From an uncultured Christensenella sp. (GTDB lineage Bacteria > Bacillota > Clostridia > Christensenellales > CAG-138): a DNA stretch of 64,000 bases. The notes beneath the pieces were generated by a model, which saw only the letters and a program-made list of their open reading frames with translations, was not told the origin of the DNA and searched no databases. Shown here in pieces: positions 26,851-36,494 of the stretch (position 1 is its first letter; each line of letters opens with the position of its first letter). The stretch lies in NCBI GenBank assembly GCA_964383635.1, contig CAYLIG010000001.1, positions 8,361 through 72,360 on the forward strand. The letters are read 5' to 3'. The translations under genes and the position numbers were made by a program.

Positions 26851-27767
26851 TACTGCTGCATCTCCTTTCTGCGCGTGGACGTGAACTGGATGAGCGCAAT
26901 TGCCGCCACGAGGACGAAGAACAGAACCGCCTTCGCCTGGCCGACGCCGCGGGAGTTGGCGTTGAGGTAGAACGTGTTATAGATGTTCAGCGCGAGCATC
27001 TCGGTGGACTTGATCACCGTGCCGTCGGACATGAACACAAACGGCTGTCCGCCGTTTAACACAAGGTTCTGATCGAAGAGCTTAAACGAGTTGGTCAGCG
27101 TTAAAAACGTGCAGATCGTGATGGACGGCATGATCGTCGGGATGGTGATGCTCCAGAGCGTGCGCCAGCCGTTCGCGCCGTCGATCTTCGCGGCCTCGAG
27201 CATATCCCCCGGAACGGACTGCAGGCCTGCGATGTAGATGATCATCATATAGCCGATCTGCTGCCAGGCCATCAGAATGATCAGACCCCAATAGCCGTAA
27301 GTGGTGCTCAGCACAATGGATGTTCCGTAATGGGAGAGGATCCCGTCGAATATCATCGACCAGATGTAGCCGAGCACGATGCCGCCGATGAGGTTCGGCA
27401 TGAAAAACACGGTACGGAAGATGTTGGAGCCCCGAATGCCGCGCGTGAGTGCGTAGGCGACGGCGAACGCGAGCACGTTGATGACGATCAGCGAGACGAT
27501 GGCCACAAGCGCCGTATACTTGAACGCGTGCACGAAGCCCGCGTCTTTAAACGCCTTGAGGTAGTTCTCAATTCCGACCCAACTGGCGTTGCTCGTCGTT
27601 GTAAACTTGCAGAAGGACAGATATACGCCCTTGAAGAACGGATAGATAAAACCGATGCTGAATGCCGCGAGTGTCGGCAAAAGGAACAGCGGAAACATTC
27701 GCTGGATGGGACGGCGGATCAACTTGGCACTCAGGGCCGAGTTGCCGCTTTTTGCTCTGCGCTTCAT
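26850..27767 (-). CDS. Sugar ABC transporter permease (MalF-like)
   Basis: EAA loop MLEAAKIDGANGWRTLWSITIP. One-nucleotide overlap with the downstream permease gene (shared nt 26850). Confidence 0.85.
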   Translation of the reverse strand: MKRRAKSGNSALSAKLIRRPIQRMFPLFLLPTLAAFSIGFIYPFFKGVYLSFCKFTTTSNASWVGIENYLKAFKDAGFVHAFKYTALVAIVSLIVINVLAFAVAYALTRGIRGSNIFRTVFFMPNLIGGIVLGYIWSMIFDGILSHYGTSIVLSTTYGYWGLIILMAWQQIGYMMIIYIAGLQSVPGDMLEAAKIDGANGWRTLWSITIPTIMPSITICTFLTLTNSFKLFDQNLVLNGGQPFVFMSDGTVIKSTEMLALNIYNTFYLNANSRGVGQAKAVLFFVLVAAIALIQFTSTRRKEMQQ

Positions 27768-27859
27768 GGCGACCTCCCTTGGTGCTGTGTGAAGAAGCGG
27801 GGGCGAGCGTTTCCACTCGCCCCCACAGTGTCGATTGAGCTGTCAGACCGGGTCAGCGG

Positions 27860-29203
27860 TTATTGCGCGGCGTACTGGGTGGCCCAGCCGGCGACAAACG
27901 CGGTGACCACGTCGTCCCAGGAACCGGTGCCCGCGGAGTACTGCGTCAGCGCCGCGACGACGCCTGCGCGCCAGTTGTCAACGTTCGGCGTGAAGTTGAA
28001 CGCCCAGGTCACGACATACTTGCCCTCGGCAAGATCCTGGTTCGCGTCGTTGAAGAACACATTCGCGGTGGGTTTGGCATCCTTGAACGGGATGGGTCCG
28101 AACTGCTCCGCCATCATGGTGGTGCCCTCGTCGGAGGTCACAACCCAGTAGATGAAGTCGAGGGTTGCCTGGATGTCTTCCGGAGCTGCCTGCGAGTTGA
28201 CCGCCCAGCAGTTCTCGGTGCCGCAGCAGAGACCCGCATTGGACTCGCCGTCAACGCCGCAGTAGATCGGGATCATCGCCAGATCGTCTGCGCTCATGCC
28301 GAACGTGCCGGTCAGGTTGCTGAATTCCCAGGAACCGTTCTGATAGAACACGGCTTCGCCCTTGCCAAATTCGGCCTCGGCCTGGTCGCCGGTCGCGTTT
28401 GCGAGCTGCGTCGGGTCGGTTGCGGAGTTGTTGATGTACAGATCCCAGATGTTCTTGTAGTTGTCGAGATATTTACCGGTGATGGACGCGGGCTGCGTGG
28501 TCACACCGTCATCGCGGAACTCGTAGAACAGGGGCATGTTGGCCAGATGGCCGGAGAAACGCCAGCTCGAAGAGCCGTCCATGCCGGAGGAGGTGAAGGC
28601 GTCAAATCCAAGCTCGGCCGCGCGGCTGTGGATGTCTTCCACAACGGCTTTCAGGGACGCGAAGTCCGTGATTTCGTCGAGGGAATGTCCCGCCTGCTCG
28701 AGCAGGGCCTTGTTGACGATGATGCCGAAGCACTCGTAGCAATAGCCGATGGCGGCGACTTCACCGCTGTCCTTGAAGAGGTTGAAGTCGTTGGTGGTCA
28801 TCTGCTTGTAGACGTCCGTGCCGCTGAAGTCATAGAGGAAATCACTCCAGGTGTCCACGCCGGCTTTGTTGCCGCACTGGAACAGCGTCGGCGCGGAGGA
28901 ACCCTTGTCCATCTCCGCGGTCAGGGTTTCGGAGTAGGTGCCGGATGCGGCTGTGACGACGGTTACGGGTACGCCGGTGAGTTCGGTGTACTGCGCGGCC
29001 AGCGCCTGCCAGGCGGCATCCGCCTCGGGCTTAAAGTTGAGATAGTAGACTTTGCCGGTTGCCGCAGGCGCTTCCGTCGCGGGCGCTGCGGTTGCCGCTG
29101 CTGCGGTGGTGTCCTGCGTTGCGGCGGGTTCCGCGGTTTTTGCGCAGGCAAAGCTTGAAACTGCCAACAGAACAACCAGAACGAGAGCAAACAGTTTTTT
29201 CAT
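27860..29203 (-). CDS. ABC transporter sugar-binding lipoprotein (family 1 solute-binding protein)
   Basis: ATG 29203 after AAAGGAAGGAAAG. Signal peptide with lipobox LAVSSFAC, then a Thr/Ala linker. About 447 aa. Confidence 0.85.
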   Translation of the reverse strand: MKKLFALVLVVLLAVSSFACAKTAEPAATQDTTAAAATAAPATEAPAATGKVYYLNFKPEADAAWQALAAQYTELTGVPVTVVTAASGTYSETLTAEMDKGSSAPTLFQCGNKAGVDTWSDFLYDFSGTDVYKQMTTNDFNLFKDSGEVAAIGYCYECFGIIVNKALLEQAGHSLDEITDFASLKAVVEDIHSRAAELGFDAFTSSGMDGSSSWRFSGHLANMPLFYEFRDDGVTTQPASITGKYLDNYKNIWDLYINNSATDPTQLANATGDQAEAEFGKGEAVFYQNGSWEFSNLTGTFGMSADDLAMIPIYCGVDGESNAGLCCGTENCWAVNSQAAPEDIQATLDFIYWVVTSDEGTTMMAEQFGPIPFKDAKPTANVFFNDANQDLAEGKYVVTWAFNFTPNVDNWRAGVVAALTQYSAGTGSWDDVVTAFVAGWATQYAAQ

Positions 29204-29399
29204 GATTCTTTCCTTCCTTTTGTTTTGTATTCTCCGGCGCTTGTACGCCAAGAATGATTCAGGCGATGCAAACCGTTTTGATCACGGGTTCCGTTTATAT
29301 GGAAGAGTTTGGGACGGTTTGCCGCGCTTGGTTACGGGGTGGGGGGATGAGGTGCGTTTCAATGCTCGGAACGCTTTGTCGCGCAGGGAGATTGGCAGG

Positions 29400-30422
29400 T
29401 TACACACCGGTTTGCCGAACCGACCCGCCGGGGCGGAGCACGGGTTCAAAGGTGAACTGCCTGTTTTCGCTCTTTTGCTCGATTCGCTCGATGAGCGTTC
29501 TTGCGCAGGCAAGCCCCATGTCCTCGACGGGCTGCACGAGCGTCGTAAGCGTCGGCAGCGTGTATTCCGAGAGGTCAAGGCCGTCGATGGCGACGACGGA
29601 GCAGTCCTCCGGCACGCGTCTGCCGTGATCGGCCAACGCCTTGATTGCCGCGATGGCCATCAGATCCGCAATGGCGAAGATGGCGGTAAAGGAGTTGTTC
29701 CGCTCAATGAGCTCCGAAGTTGTGCGATATACCGCGCCGAGATCGGAAAACGTACCGGCACAGGCGACGAAAGAGGGATCGAAAGGGATACCATGGCTTG
29801 CCAGCGCGTCCTTGTAGCCCTGAAAACGCAGTTCGCTGATGGACTTATCGTCCGTGTTGTCAGCCAGTATCGCGATTCTGCGGTGTCCGAGGGAAACGAG
29901 GGTGTCCACCGCGAAGCGCGCGGCCTGCCGATCGTCTATTGCAACGGAGCTGTAGGAGGCCGCGTCGAGATTGCCGAATGTGTTGGTATAGGTGCAAAAT
30001 ACGCTCGGCACATCGATGCGCGAGAACTCTTTCGGCGAATAGTTGAAGCGTCCGCCCAGAAAGAGAATGCCGATGAGCTTGCGTTCGTTGGCCAGCTGTT
30101 CGCCGATGAACAGCTCGTCGTCCGAAGTATCCATCTGGTGCAGCTCCAGCGTGTAGCCGCGCTGCGTAATCTCGCGTTCAATGACCTTGATCAGCTTTGA
30201 AAAGAAGGGGTTGCTCACGCCCTTGACCAAAAGCGCGATGGTGTCCGACGACGTGCGAACGAGATTTCGCGCGCTGTTGTTGGGGATGTAGTGCAGTTCC
30301 TTGACCGCCCGCATCACCTTTTCGCGCGTCTCGCCGCTGACGTCCGGGTGGTCGTTCAGCACGCGGGAGACGGTGCTGATGGCGACCCCGCAATATTTTG
30401 CAATGTCCTTGATGTTCGTCAT
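29400..30422 (-). CDS. LacI family transcriptional regulator
   Basis: MTNIKDIAKYCGVAISTVSRVLN helix-turn-helix followed by a periplasmic-binding-protein-like sugar-binding core. Confidence 0.9.
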   Translation of the reverse strand: MTNIKDIAKYCGVAISTVSRVLNDHPDVSGETREKVMRAVKELHYIPNNSARNLVRTSSDTIALLVKGVSNPFFSKLIKVIEREITQRGYTLELHQMDTSDDELFIGEQLANERKLIGILFLGGRFNYSPKEFSRIDVPSVFCTYTNTFGNLDAASYSSVAIDDRQAARFAVDTLVSLGHRRIAILADNTDDKSISELRFQGYKDALASHGIPFDPSFVACAGTFSDLGAVYRTTSELIERNNSFTAIFAIADLMAIAAIKALADHGRRVPEDCSVVAIDGLDLSEYTLPTLTTLVQPVEDMGLACARTLIERIEQKSENRQFTFEPVLRPGGSVRQTGV

Positions 30423-30579
30423 GTTGATCAGAGCGTTCCTTTGGTGTGTTTTTGTTTTGCGCCGGTTCACGCGCTTTTACGCGTTCATCCGGCTCGGCAG
30501 AGAGAAGAACACTTTGGTACTGCCGCGGCTTGCGAACAGGCGGTTTTTGAACCGGAATTTACGATCGTTGAGAAATGAT

Positions 30580-30606
30580 TGGAAACGTTACTGGAAACGT
30601 TTCCAG
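30580..30606. promoter_or_regulatory. LacI-family operator: perfect 16-bp palindrome CTGGAAACGTTTCCAG plus adjacent half-site TGGAAACGTTA
   Basis: Palindrome at 30591-30606 and half-site at 30580-30590. The central AAACGTTT is the LacI/CcpA-type core. It lies just downstream of the predicted lacI-family promoter. Confidence 0.7.
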
Positions 30607-30619
30607 AACTTGCAACTAC

Positions 30620-30648
30620 ATTATATTCAACCGCGCCGCGTCTGTCAA
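30620..30648 (-). promoter_or_regulatory. Consensus sigma-A promoter TTGACA-17-TATAAT for the LacI-family gene (and possibly the whole sugar operon)
   Basis: Minus strand reads TTGACA gacgcggcgcggttgaa TATAAT. Confidence 0.65.
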
Positions 30649-30846
30649 CACCAAGTTTAAGCTGTTAAGCTGAAAACCGGGGATGTATATACTATATGTA
30701 GGGGTCTGTATTGAAAAAACGAAAATATATTATTTTTTTCAGTGGGAAACGTACAAAAATGAGCATGTTTATTGCAAAAAGCATTCGGCAAGCGACCTTT
30801 ATGCGGGAAAGTTTGCTGAAATTTCACTTAGGCTGCGCGTGCCGTT

Positions 30847-30855
30847 TGATATAAT
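30847..30855 (+). promoter_or_regulatory. Extended -10 element TGaTATAAT upstream of the DUF2271 gene
   Basis: TG at 30847-30848 and TATAAT at 30850-30855. The -35 region is poor. Confidence 0.4.
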
Positions 30856-30963
30856 CAGGTGACGGTTTTTCACAGATCGCTCTTCGCTGGCTGGACGCGT
30901 TCCGAGCGGGCGGCGCGACTGGAACGGATCGAACGGGGTGAAGCTTGCCGGGAGGCAATCGAT

Positions 30964-31569
30964 ATGCGAATGAAAACAATTATCACGGCGGCCTTTCTGA
31001 TCGGGATGCTGATGCTTGGCGGGTGCGCCGCATCCGCGGCGCCGGACACAGCGATGCGACAGAGCGACATCGTGACGATTACCTTTGATTTTCAAAAGCA
31101 GTCCGGCTATGCCGCCAATCAGTTTGCGGTTTGGATTGAGGACGAAAACGGTGTTTTTATCAAGACGCTGTATGCAACGCGCTTCACCGCAAAGGGCGGC
31201 TTTCGGGAACGAGCTGACGCCATTCCCGTTTGGGTCGAGCGGTCGGGAATTTCGAATGCGACCGACGCGGACGCTGTTACAGGCGCGACGCCAAAGTCCG
31301 GAACGCTCCAGTATGTCTGGGATTTAACCGACGACACCGGCGAACGAGTTGCAAACGGAACCTACCGGTTTTATGTGGAAGGCACGCTGCGCTGGAAAAA
31401 CCGGGTGCTGTTTTCGGGCGAAATCAAGCTCGACGGCAGCGCGACGAGCGTCGACGCCACGCCGGAATATATCTATGAGGCATCTGCCGATCAGCCTGCG
31501 CTGACGGACGAATCGCCTGAAAACGAAATGATCACACTGGTTCACGCGGCGTACATTCCGCCAAATTGA
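30964..31569 (+). CDS. DUF2271 domain lipoprotein
   Basis: ATG 30964, 8 nt after GGGAGG. Lipobox MLMLGGC. FAVWIEDENGVFIKTLY...DAVTGATPKSGTLQYVWDLTDDTGERVANGTYRFYVEG matches the DUF2271 pattern. Confidence 0.65.
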   Translation: MRMKTIITAAFLIGMLMLGGCAASAAPDTAMRQSDIVTITFDFQKQSGYAANQFAVWIEDENGVFIKTLYATRFTAKGGFRERADAIPVWVERSGISNATDADAVTGATPKSGTLQYVWDLTDDTGERVANGTYRFYVEGTLRWKNRVLFSGEIKLDGSATSVDATPEYIYEASADQPALTDESPENEMITLVHAAYIPPN

Positions 31570-31685
31570 GCCGAATTGATACGAAACAAAACAGGATTGC
31601 GGCAATAGAGCAATCATTTCTGACGATGCGGGACGGACAGAGCGATCCTTGCAGACCGTTGGAGAAGCTGGAGGACGAAGCGAAG

Positions 31686-32630
31686 TTGAAATCGTTCCTG
31701 TACCGCGTCATCTGCGGGGTTGTCGTTGGAATTGGCGGCGTACTGCCGGGCGTTTCCGGCGGCATACTTGCCATTAGCCTCGGCATCTATGAAAAGATGA
31801 TGCTCGCGATTGGCAATATCTTTCAAAGTTTCAGAAAAAACGCAGCATATCTGCTACCGTTGGCCGCCGGAGTCGGCGTCGGTATTCTGTTGGCGAGCAA
31901 TGTGCTGAGCCTTCTATTTGAGCGCTATGAGGTGCAACTGCTTTCGCTCTTTACCGGGCTGGTGCTCGGCAGTCTGCCGGAGCTGTTTGGCGAGGTACGT
32001 CTGGGCGGGCAGAAGATCAACTGGAAGCATTTCGTTTCGGCGATACTAGGGCTCGGGTTTGTGCTTCTCTTCGCGCTTGGCGAATCGAGCGTTACGCAAA
32101 ACACGCAGATTGTGAAACTGACCATTCCCGGCGCGCTGATTGCGGGACTGGTGCTCTCCGTCGGAACGGTGATTCCGGGCATCAGCTCATCGTTCATCCT
32201 CGTCTATCTCGGCCTGTATCCCGCGGTGATCGCGGCCATTGCGGGCGTATTCGATATCTCGGCGCTGACGAGCGGCGGCATCGCCGGGTTGATCGGAAGA
32301 TTCGGCGAAACGCTGGTTCCGTTTCTTGCGATGGCTGCGGCGTTTGCGCTCGTGTCGCTGGGCATCATCAAACTCGTCAACCGTATGCTGGCGCGCCATC
32401 ACGCAACGTCCTACGCAGCCATCATCGGGTTTGTATTGGGCTCCGTCGCGCTCGTTCTGCCGCAGGTCGGCGGGCGTCTGACCTGGGCGTGCCCACTGCT
32501 GTTTGCGGTTGGACTTGCGTTGAGTCTGCTGGAATTTTACTTCAAAAAACGGGTGTCCGCGCGCGAACCCTTGCCCGCCGCCGCTGCGGAATCACGGGTG
32601 CAGGCAAGCGAGGATGTCGAGGCGCAATAG
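31686..32630 (+). CDS. DUF368 family membrane protein (PopT-type polyprenyl-phosphate transporter family)
   Basis: [25 protein letters not shown], with a second [15 protein letters not shown] repeat. TTG 31686 is 11 nt after GGAGG and gives the usual ~20 residues before PGVSGG. In-frame alternatives are at 31626 and 31566. Confidence 0.75.
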   Translation: MKSFLYRVICGVVVGIGGVLPGVSGGILAISLGIYEKMMLAIGNIFQSFRKNAAYLLPLAAGVGVGILLASNVLSLLFERYEVQLLSLFTGLVLGSLPELFGEVRLGGQKINWKHFVSAILGLGFVLLFALGESSVTQNTQIVKLTIPGALIAGLVLSVGTVIPGISSSFILVYLGLYPAVIAAIAGVFDISALTSGGIAGLIGRFGETLVPFLAMAAAFALVSLGIIKLVNRMLARHHATSYAAIIGFVLGSVALVLPQVGGRLTWACPLLFAVGLALSLLEFYFKKRVSAREPLPAAAAESRVQASEDVEAQ

Positions 32631-32665
32631 CGCGGGAAAAACGCGGTTTTTCGCTTTGCGCAGGT

Positions 32666-32695
32666 TTGACAAGATTTGTGCGCGCATGCTACAAT
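32666..32695 (+). promoter_or_regulatory. Strong sigma-A promoter TTGACA-18-TGcTACAAT upstream of the priming transferase
   Basis: TTGACA at 32666-32671, TG at 32687-32688, TACAAT at 32690-32695. Confidence 0.6.
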
Positions 32696-32805
32696 CGATC
32701 CGGCGGCGAACGGCGATTTGCCGGTTTTGGCTGCCGCGATTCAGGCACGGCGTCGGCGATTATTCCGGCGTTTTAGCATATCGGTTGGATAAAGGGGAGC
32801 GCAGG

Positions 32806-35154
32806 TTGTCCAAATTTTCACCCAAGCGGTTCAAAGGATCCCTCATACTTTTGTGTAAACTGGCGATTACGGCCGCAACGGCCGGCGCCTTTTTGTATTT
32901 GGTGCTGCATTATTATCCCGAGACGGATTTCTGGTTCAAAGGGTTTGTGGTATTCGTCTTTCTGTATCTCGTGGTTTTTCTAGCGTTTGCGTCGACCTAT
33001 CGCAGCTTCAACATCGGCACGATGCGCTACCGGGAGCTGACCTTTACCTACATACTGGCTACGTTTCTGACGAACTTCATCTTTTACTTCATCCTCGCGC
33101 TGACGGCCAAGCAGCTCCTGACGATTGCGCCGCTCGGGATTATGACGCTTGCGCAGTGGGGGATGGCGCTGCTGCTCTATTTCGGGGCGGACAGGCTCTA
33201 TTACGCGCTCTATCCCGCGCGCAAGAGCGCCGTCGTATGCTCGAAAGATAAGCATGAGATCGCGGTGTTTAAAAAGATTGATTCGATGAAAGAACGCCAC
33301 ATGATCTGTATGCTCGTGACCGAAGCCCAGGACGCCGAGGCGATCAAGCGCTGCCTTGAGCCGTATTCCACCGTGTTTATGGGCGATATCTCACGCGAAC
33401 TGCGGCTGGATCTGACCGAATACTGCTTTGAACACAACAAGCGGCTTTTTGTGCTCCCGACGGTGGAGGATATCATATTCCACAACGCGCATGAAAATGT
33501 CATTGGCGATTCGCTCGTATATCAATGCAAGGATCACACGTTTTCAATTGAGCAGCTCGCGATCAAGCGGCTCATGGACATCGCCATCTCGCTCGTCGGC
33601 ATCGTGCTGACGAGCCCGATCATGCTCGTTGCCGCGCTGGTCATCAAGCTGCAGGACGGCGGACCGGTGTTCTTCCGTCAGGTGCGCTACACGCGCAACT
33701 ATGAAAAGTTTACGCTCATGAAATTTCGCAGCATGATTGTTGACGCGGAGAAAAACGGCGCGCAGTTTACCAAGGCGGGGGACGAGCGCATTACGCCGTT
33801 CGGCAGATTCATGCGCGCAACGCGCGTCGACGAACTGCCGCAGTTTTTCAATATCCTCCACGGTGAGATGTCGCTGGTCGGTCCGCGGGCGGAGCGCATC
33901 GAAAACGTGGACTTCTATTGCGAGCGTATGCCGGAGTTTCGCTATCGCATGAAGGTGAAGGCGGGCCTTACGGGCTATGCGCAGATCTATGGAAAATACA
34001 ACACCAACTTCGAGGATAAGCTCAAGCTGGACATGCTGTATATCGAGAACTGCTCGCTGCTGCACGACCTGCAGCTGATCTTTATGACGATCCGGGTGAT
34101 CTTCATGCCGGAGAGCACGGAGGGATTCGATGTGACGAATCTCGGGGAGCTCAACCGGGGGGACGGGCTTTGTGAATATCCCTTTGCGCCGTCCGTGGAG
34201 GAGAGCGTCATCGAGCAGATTGTGAAAAACCCGGCGGCACGCATGGTCAGCGAACCGACGACAGAACGGAGTGACACGCATATGAAAGGCATCATTCTCG
34301 CCGGCGGGAGAGGAACCCGGTTTTATCCGAGCACCAAGGCGGTCAGCAAGCAGCTCTTACCTGTCTACGACAAGCCGCTGATCTATTATCCGCTCTCCGT
34401 GCTCATGCTGGCGTCCATCAAGGACGTGCTGATCATCTCAACGCCGGAGGATACGCCGATGTTTGAGCGGCTGCTCGGCAGCGGGGAGCAGCTCGGCATG
34501 CGCTTTTCCTATAAGGTACAGGAAACGCCCCGCGGACTGGCGGACGCGTTCATCCTCGGCGAGGAGTTTATCGGCGACGATCCCGTCTGCCTGATCCTCG
34601 GCGACAACATGTTTTACGGACAGGATCTGACCGCGACGCTCAACGCCGCCATGGATCAGACCACAGGCGCGACGATATTCGGATATCCCGTCAAGGATCC
34701 GCGCGCGTTTGGCGTCGTGGAGTTCGACGCGGAGAATAAAGTCGTCTCCATCGAGGAAAAGCCCGAGCAGCCGAAATCCGGCTATGCCGTGCCGGGATTG
34801 TATTTCTACGACAACCGCGTGGTGGAGATCGCAAAGCATGTGCGTCCGTCGGTGCGCGGGGAAATCGAGATTACGTCCGTGAACAACGCGTATCTGACCA
34901 TGGGCGAACTGCGCGTGGAGCTGTTCGGCCGCGGCATGGCGTGGCTTGATACCGGTTCGCCGGAGGGAATGCTCAAAGCGGCGGAATTCGTCGAGGCGGT
35001 GCAGTCGCGGCAAGGGTTTTACATCTCCTGCATCGAGGAGATCGCATGGCGCCGTGGGTTCATTACGACGGAACAGCTGAAGAAACTCGGCGAAGAACAG
35101 CGCATGACCGATTACGGAAAATATCTGCTTGCGCTGGCTGCGGAGGGGAAATGA
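32806..35154 (+). CDS. Polyprenyl-phosphate sugar phosphotransferase (WbaP/CpsE-type PGT) read in one frame with glucose-1-phosphate thymidylyltransferase
   Basis: TTG 32806, 6 nt after AAGGGGAG. TM-rich N-terminus, then the bacterial sugar transferase domain ([21 protein letters not shown]...[10 protein letters not shown]...FTLMKFRSM...[20 protein letters not shown]). No stop follows, and the frame continues into a complete RfbA module. Confidence 0.75.
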   Translation: MSKFSPKRFKGSLILLCKLAITAATAGAFLYLVLHYYPETDFWFKGFVVFVFLYLVVFLAFASTYRSFNIGTMRYRELTFTYILATFLTNFIFYFILALTAKQLLTIAPLGIMTLAQWGMALLLYFGADRLYYALYPARKSAVVCSKDKHEIAVFKKIDSMKERHMICMLVTEAQDAEAIKRCLEPYSTVFMGDISRELRLDLTEYCFEHNKRLFVLPTVEDIIFHNAHENVIGDSLVYQCKDHTFSIEQLAIKRLMDIAISLVGIVLTSPIMLVAALVIKLQDGGPVFFRQVRYTRNYEKFTLMKFRSMIVDAEKNGAQFTKAGDERITPFGRFMRATRVDELPQFFNILHGEMSLVGPRAERIENVDFYCERMPEFRYRMKVKAGLTGYAQIYGKYNTNFEDKLKLDMLYIENCSLLHDLQLIFMTIRVIFMPESTEGFDVTNLGELNRGDGLCEYPFAPSVEESVIEQIVKNPAARMVSEPTTERSDTHMKGIILAGGRGTRFYPSTKAVSKQLLPVYDKPLIYYPLSVLMLASIKDVLIISTPEDTPMFERLLGSGEQLGMRFSYKVQETPRGLADAFILGEEFIGDDPVCLILGDNMFYGQDLTATLNAAMDQTTGATIFGYPVKDPRAFGVVEFDAENKVVSIEEKPEQPKSGYAVPGLYFYDNRVVEIAKHVRPSVRGEIEITSVNNAYLTMGELRVELFGRGMAWLDTGSPEGMLKAAEFVEAVQSRQGFYISCIEEIAWRRGFITTEQLKKLGEEQRMTDYGKYLLALAAEGK
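34282..35154 (+). other. rfbA: RfbA module (glucose-1-phosphate thymidylyltransferase) inside the fused ORF; has its own GGAG and ATG, so independent translation is possible
   Basis: [44 protein letters not shown]...LILGDN...GLYFYD. GGAG at 34268-34271 lies 10 nt before ATG 34282. Confidence 0.85.
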
Positions 35155-36212
35155 TGCATATTCTCGTTACCGGCGGAGCGGGCTTTATCGGCGGGAATTT
35201 TATCCGCTGGATGCTTCAAAACGCGCCGGAGCACGATATTGTCAACGTCGACGCGCTGACCTACGCCGGCAATCTTGAAAGCCTGAACGATGTTGCCAAA
35301 GACGCGCGGTATCGCTTTGTCCGCGCGGACATCCGCGACCGGGCGAAGATGGACGAGCTCTTTACGGAATACGACATCACGCACGTGGTCAACTTTGCCG
35401 CGGAGTCGCATGTGGACCGCAGCATCGTCGACCCGGAAGTGTTTCTTACCACGAATATCATCGGAACGCAGGCGCTGCTCGATACCGCGAGAAAGCACTG
35501 GAAAACCGCGCCGGAGGATAAATACAGCAGGGAATTCCGACCGGGTGTAAAATTTTTACAGGTATCGACGGATGAGGTCTACGGTGCGTTGGGCAAAGAA
35601 GGCAAGTTCACCGAAAACACGCCGCTCGCGCCGAACAGCCCGTACTCCGCGGCGAAAGCGGGGGCGGATCTTGTCTGCCGCGCCTATGCGGAAACATTCG
35701 GCCTGCCGCTGAACATCACGCGCTGCTCCAACAACTATGGCCCCTATCAGTTTCCCGAAAAGCTCATCCCGCTTATGATTCACAACTGCATGCAGGGCAA
35801 ACCCCTGCCGGTCTATGGAGACGGGATGCAGGTGCGTGACTGGCTGCATGTGAGCGATCACTGCAGCGCGATCTACGCGGTGCTTTCGCGCGGGGAAGCC
35901 GGCGAGGTGTACAATATCGGCGGCAATAACGAGCGCGCAAATCTCGAAATCGTCCGGCAGATCGTCCATGCGCTCGGGGCGAGCGAATCCCTCATCACCT
36001 ACGTAAAAGATCGTCCGGGACACGACCGCCGCTATGCGATCGACAACACGAAGATCACGACCAGGCTTGGCTGGGCGCCGCAATACACGTTTGAGCGCGG
36101 CATCGTGGAGACGATCGAGTGGTATCGCAGCAACACCGGCTGGATGGAGCGCGTGCTCTCCGGCGAATACGCGAACTACTATGAACGGATGTATGCGCCG
36201 TCCTTTGCGTAG
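35151..36212 (+). CDS. rfbB: dTDP-glucose 4,6-dehydratase
   Basis: [21 protein letters not shown] and [15 protein letters not shown] (YxxxK). ATGA overlap with the upstream stop. Confidence 0.9.
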   Translation: MMHILVTGGAGFIGGNFIRWMLQNAPEHDIVNVDALTYAGNLESLNDVAKDARYRFVRADIRDRAKMDELFTEYDITHVVNFAAESHVDRSIVDPEVFLTTNIIGTQALLDTARKHWKTAPEDKYSREFRPGVKFLQVSTDEVYGALGKEGKFTENTPLAPNSPYSAAKAGADLVCRAYAETFGLPLNITRCSNNYGPYQFPEKLIPLMIHNCMQGKPLPVYGDGMQVRDWLHVSDHCSAIYAVLSRGEAGEVYNIGGNNERANLEIVRQIVHALGASESLITYVKDRPGHDRRYAIDNTKITTRLGWAPQYTFERGIVETIEWYRSNTGWMERVLSGEYANYYERMYAPSFA

Positions 36213-36260
36213 CGCAAGGAAGCGATTAGATCGAATCAAATAAAGTTACGCATATAAGCA

Positions 36261-36300
36261 AATCGCGTGTGACATGATAACACGCGATTCTTCTTATTTT
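36261..36300 (+). terminator. Intrinsic terminator after rfbB
   Basis: AATCGCGTGT-GACATGATA-ACACGCGATT followed by CTTCTTATTTT. Confidence 0.7.
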
Positions 36301-36393
36301 AAACAACATATGTCAAAATTACGCAATTATAAGATGAAAATAACTGAAATTACTACATTTGCTGATGAAATGTGTTACATTATTAATGCGTGG

Positions 36394-36422
36394 TTGAAAT
36401 TATCTAACCAAAGGTGTAATAT
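36394..36422 (+). promoter_or_regulatory. Candidate promoter TTGAAA-17-TAATAT for the GGDEF-EAL gene
   Basis: Hexamers at 36394-36399 and 36417-36422, inside a ~250-nt AT-rich gap. Confidence 0.5.
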
Positions 36423-36494
36423 GTAAATTGTCGTTGAAAACGGTGGCGTTCGCTTAAAATTACGTTCGGTCGATCCCCGAACAGCCGTCGTTGA

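Noticed and set aside
27863-29158. 431-aa plus-strand ORF opposite the sugar-binding lipoprotein gene
   Set aside because: Arg/Gly/Val-rich antisense artefact. The minus-strand product has a lipobox, an SD and solute-binding-protein features.
29267-29284. Second LacI-type operator (TGCAAACCGTTTTGATCA) upstream of the binding-protein gene
   Set aside because: It is only an imperfect, off-centre palindrome (AAAC-G-GTTT core) and is much weaker than the site at 30591-30606. It is not called as a feature.
30683-30862. 59-codon ORF in the AT-rich gap upstream of the DUF2271 gene
   Set aside because: It has no properly spaced SD (GGGG abuts the ATG). The Tyr/Lys/Ile-rich composition simply reflects AT-rich DNA. 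It also overlaps the predicted promoter of the next gene.
32614-32805. N-terminal 64-codon extension of the transferase ORF (ATG 32614)
   Set aside because: It overlaps the DUF368 gene's 3' end and contains the strong promoter at 32666-32695. It is Arg-rich. TTG 32806 has a good SD and gives the normal transferase N-terminus.
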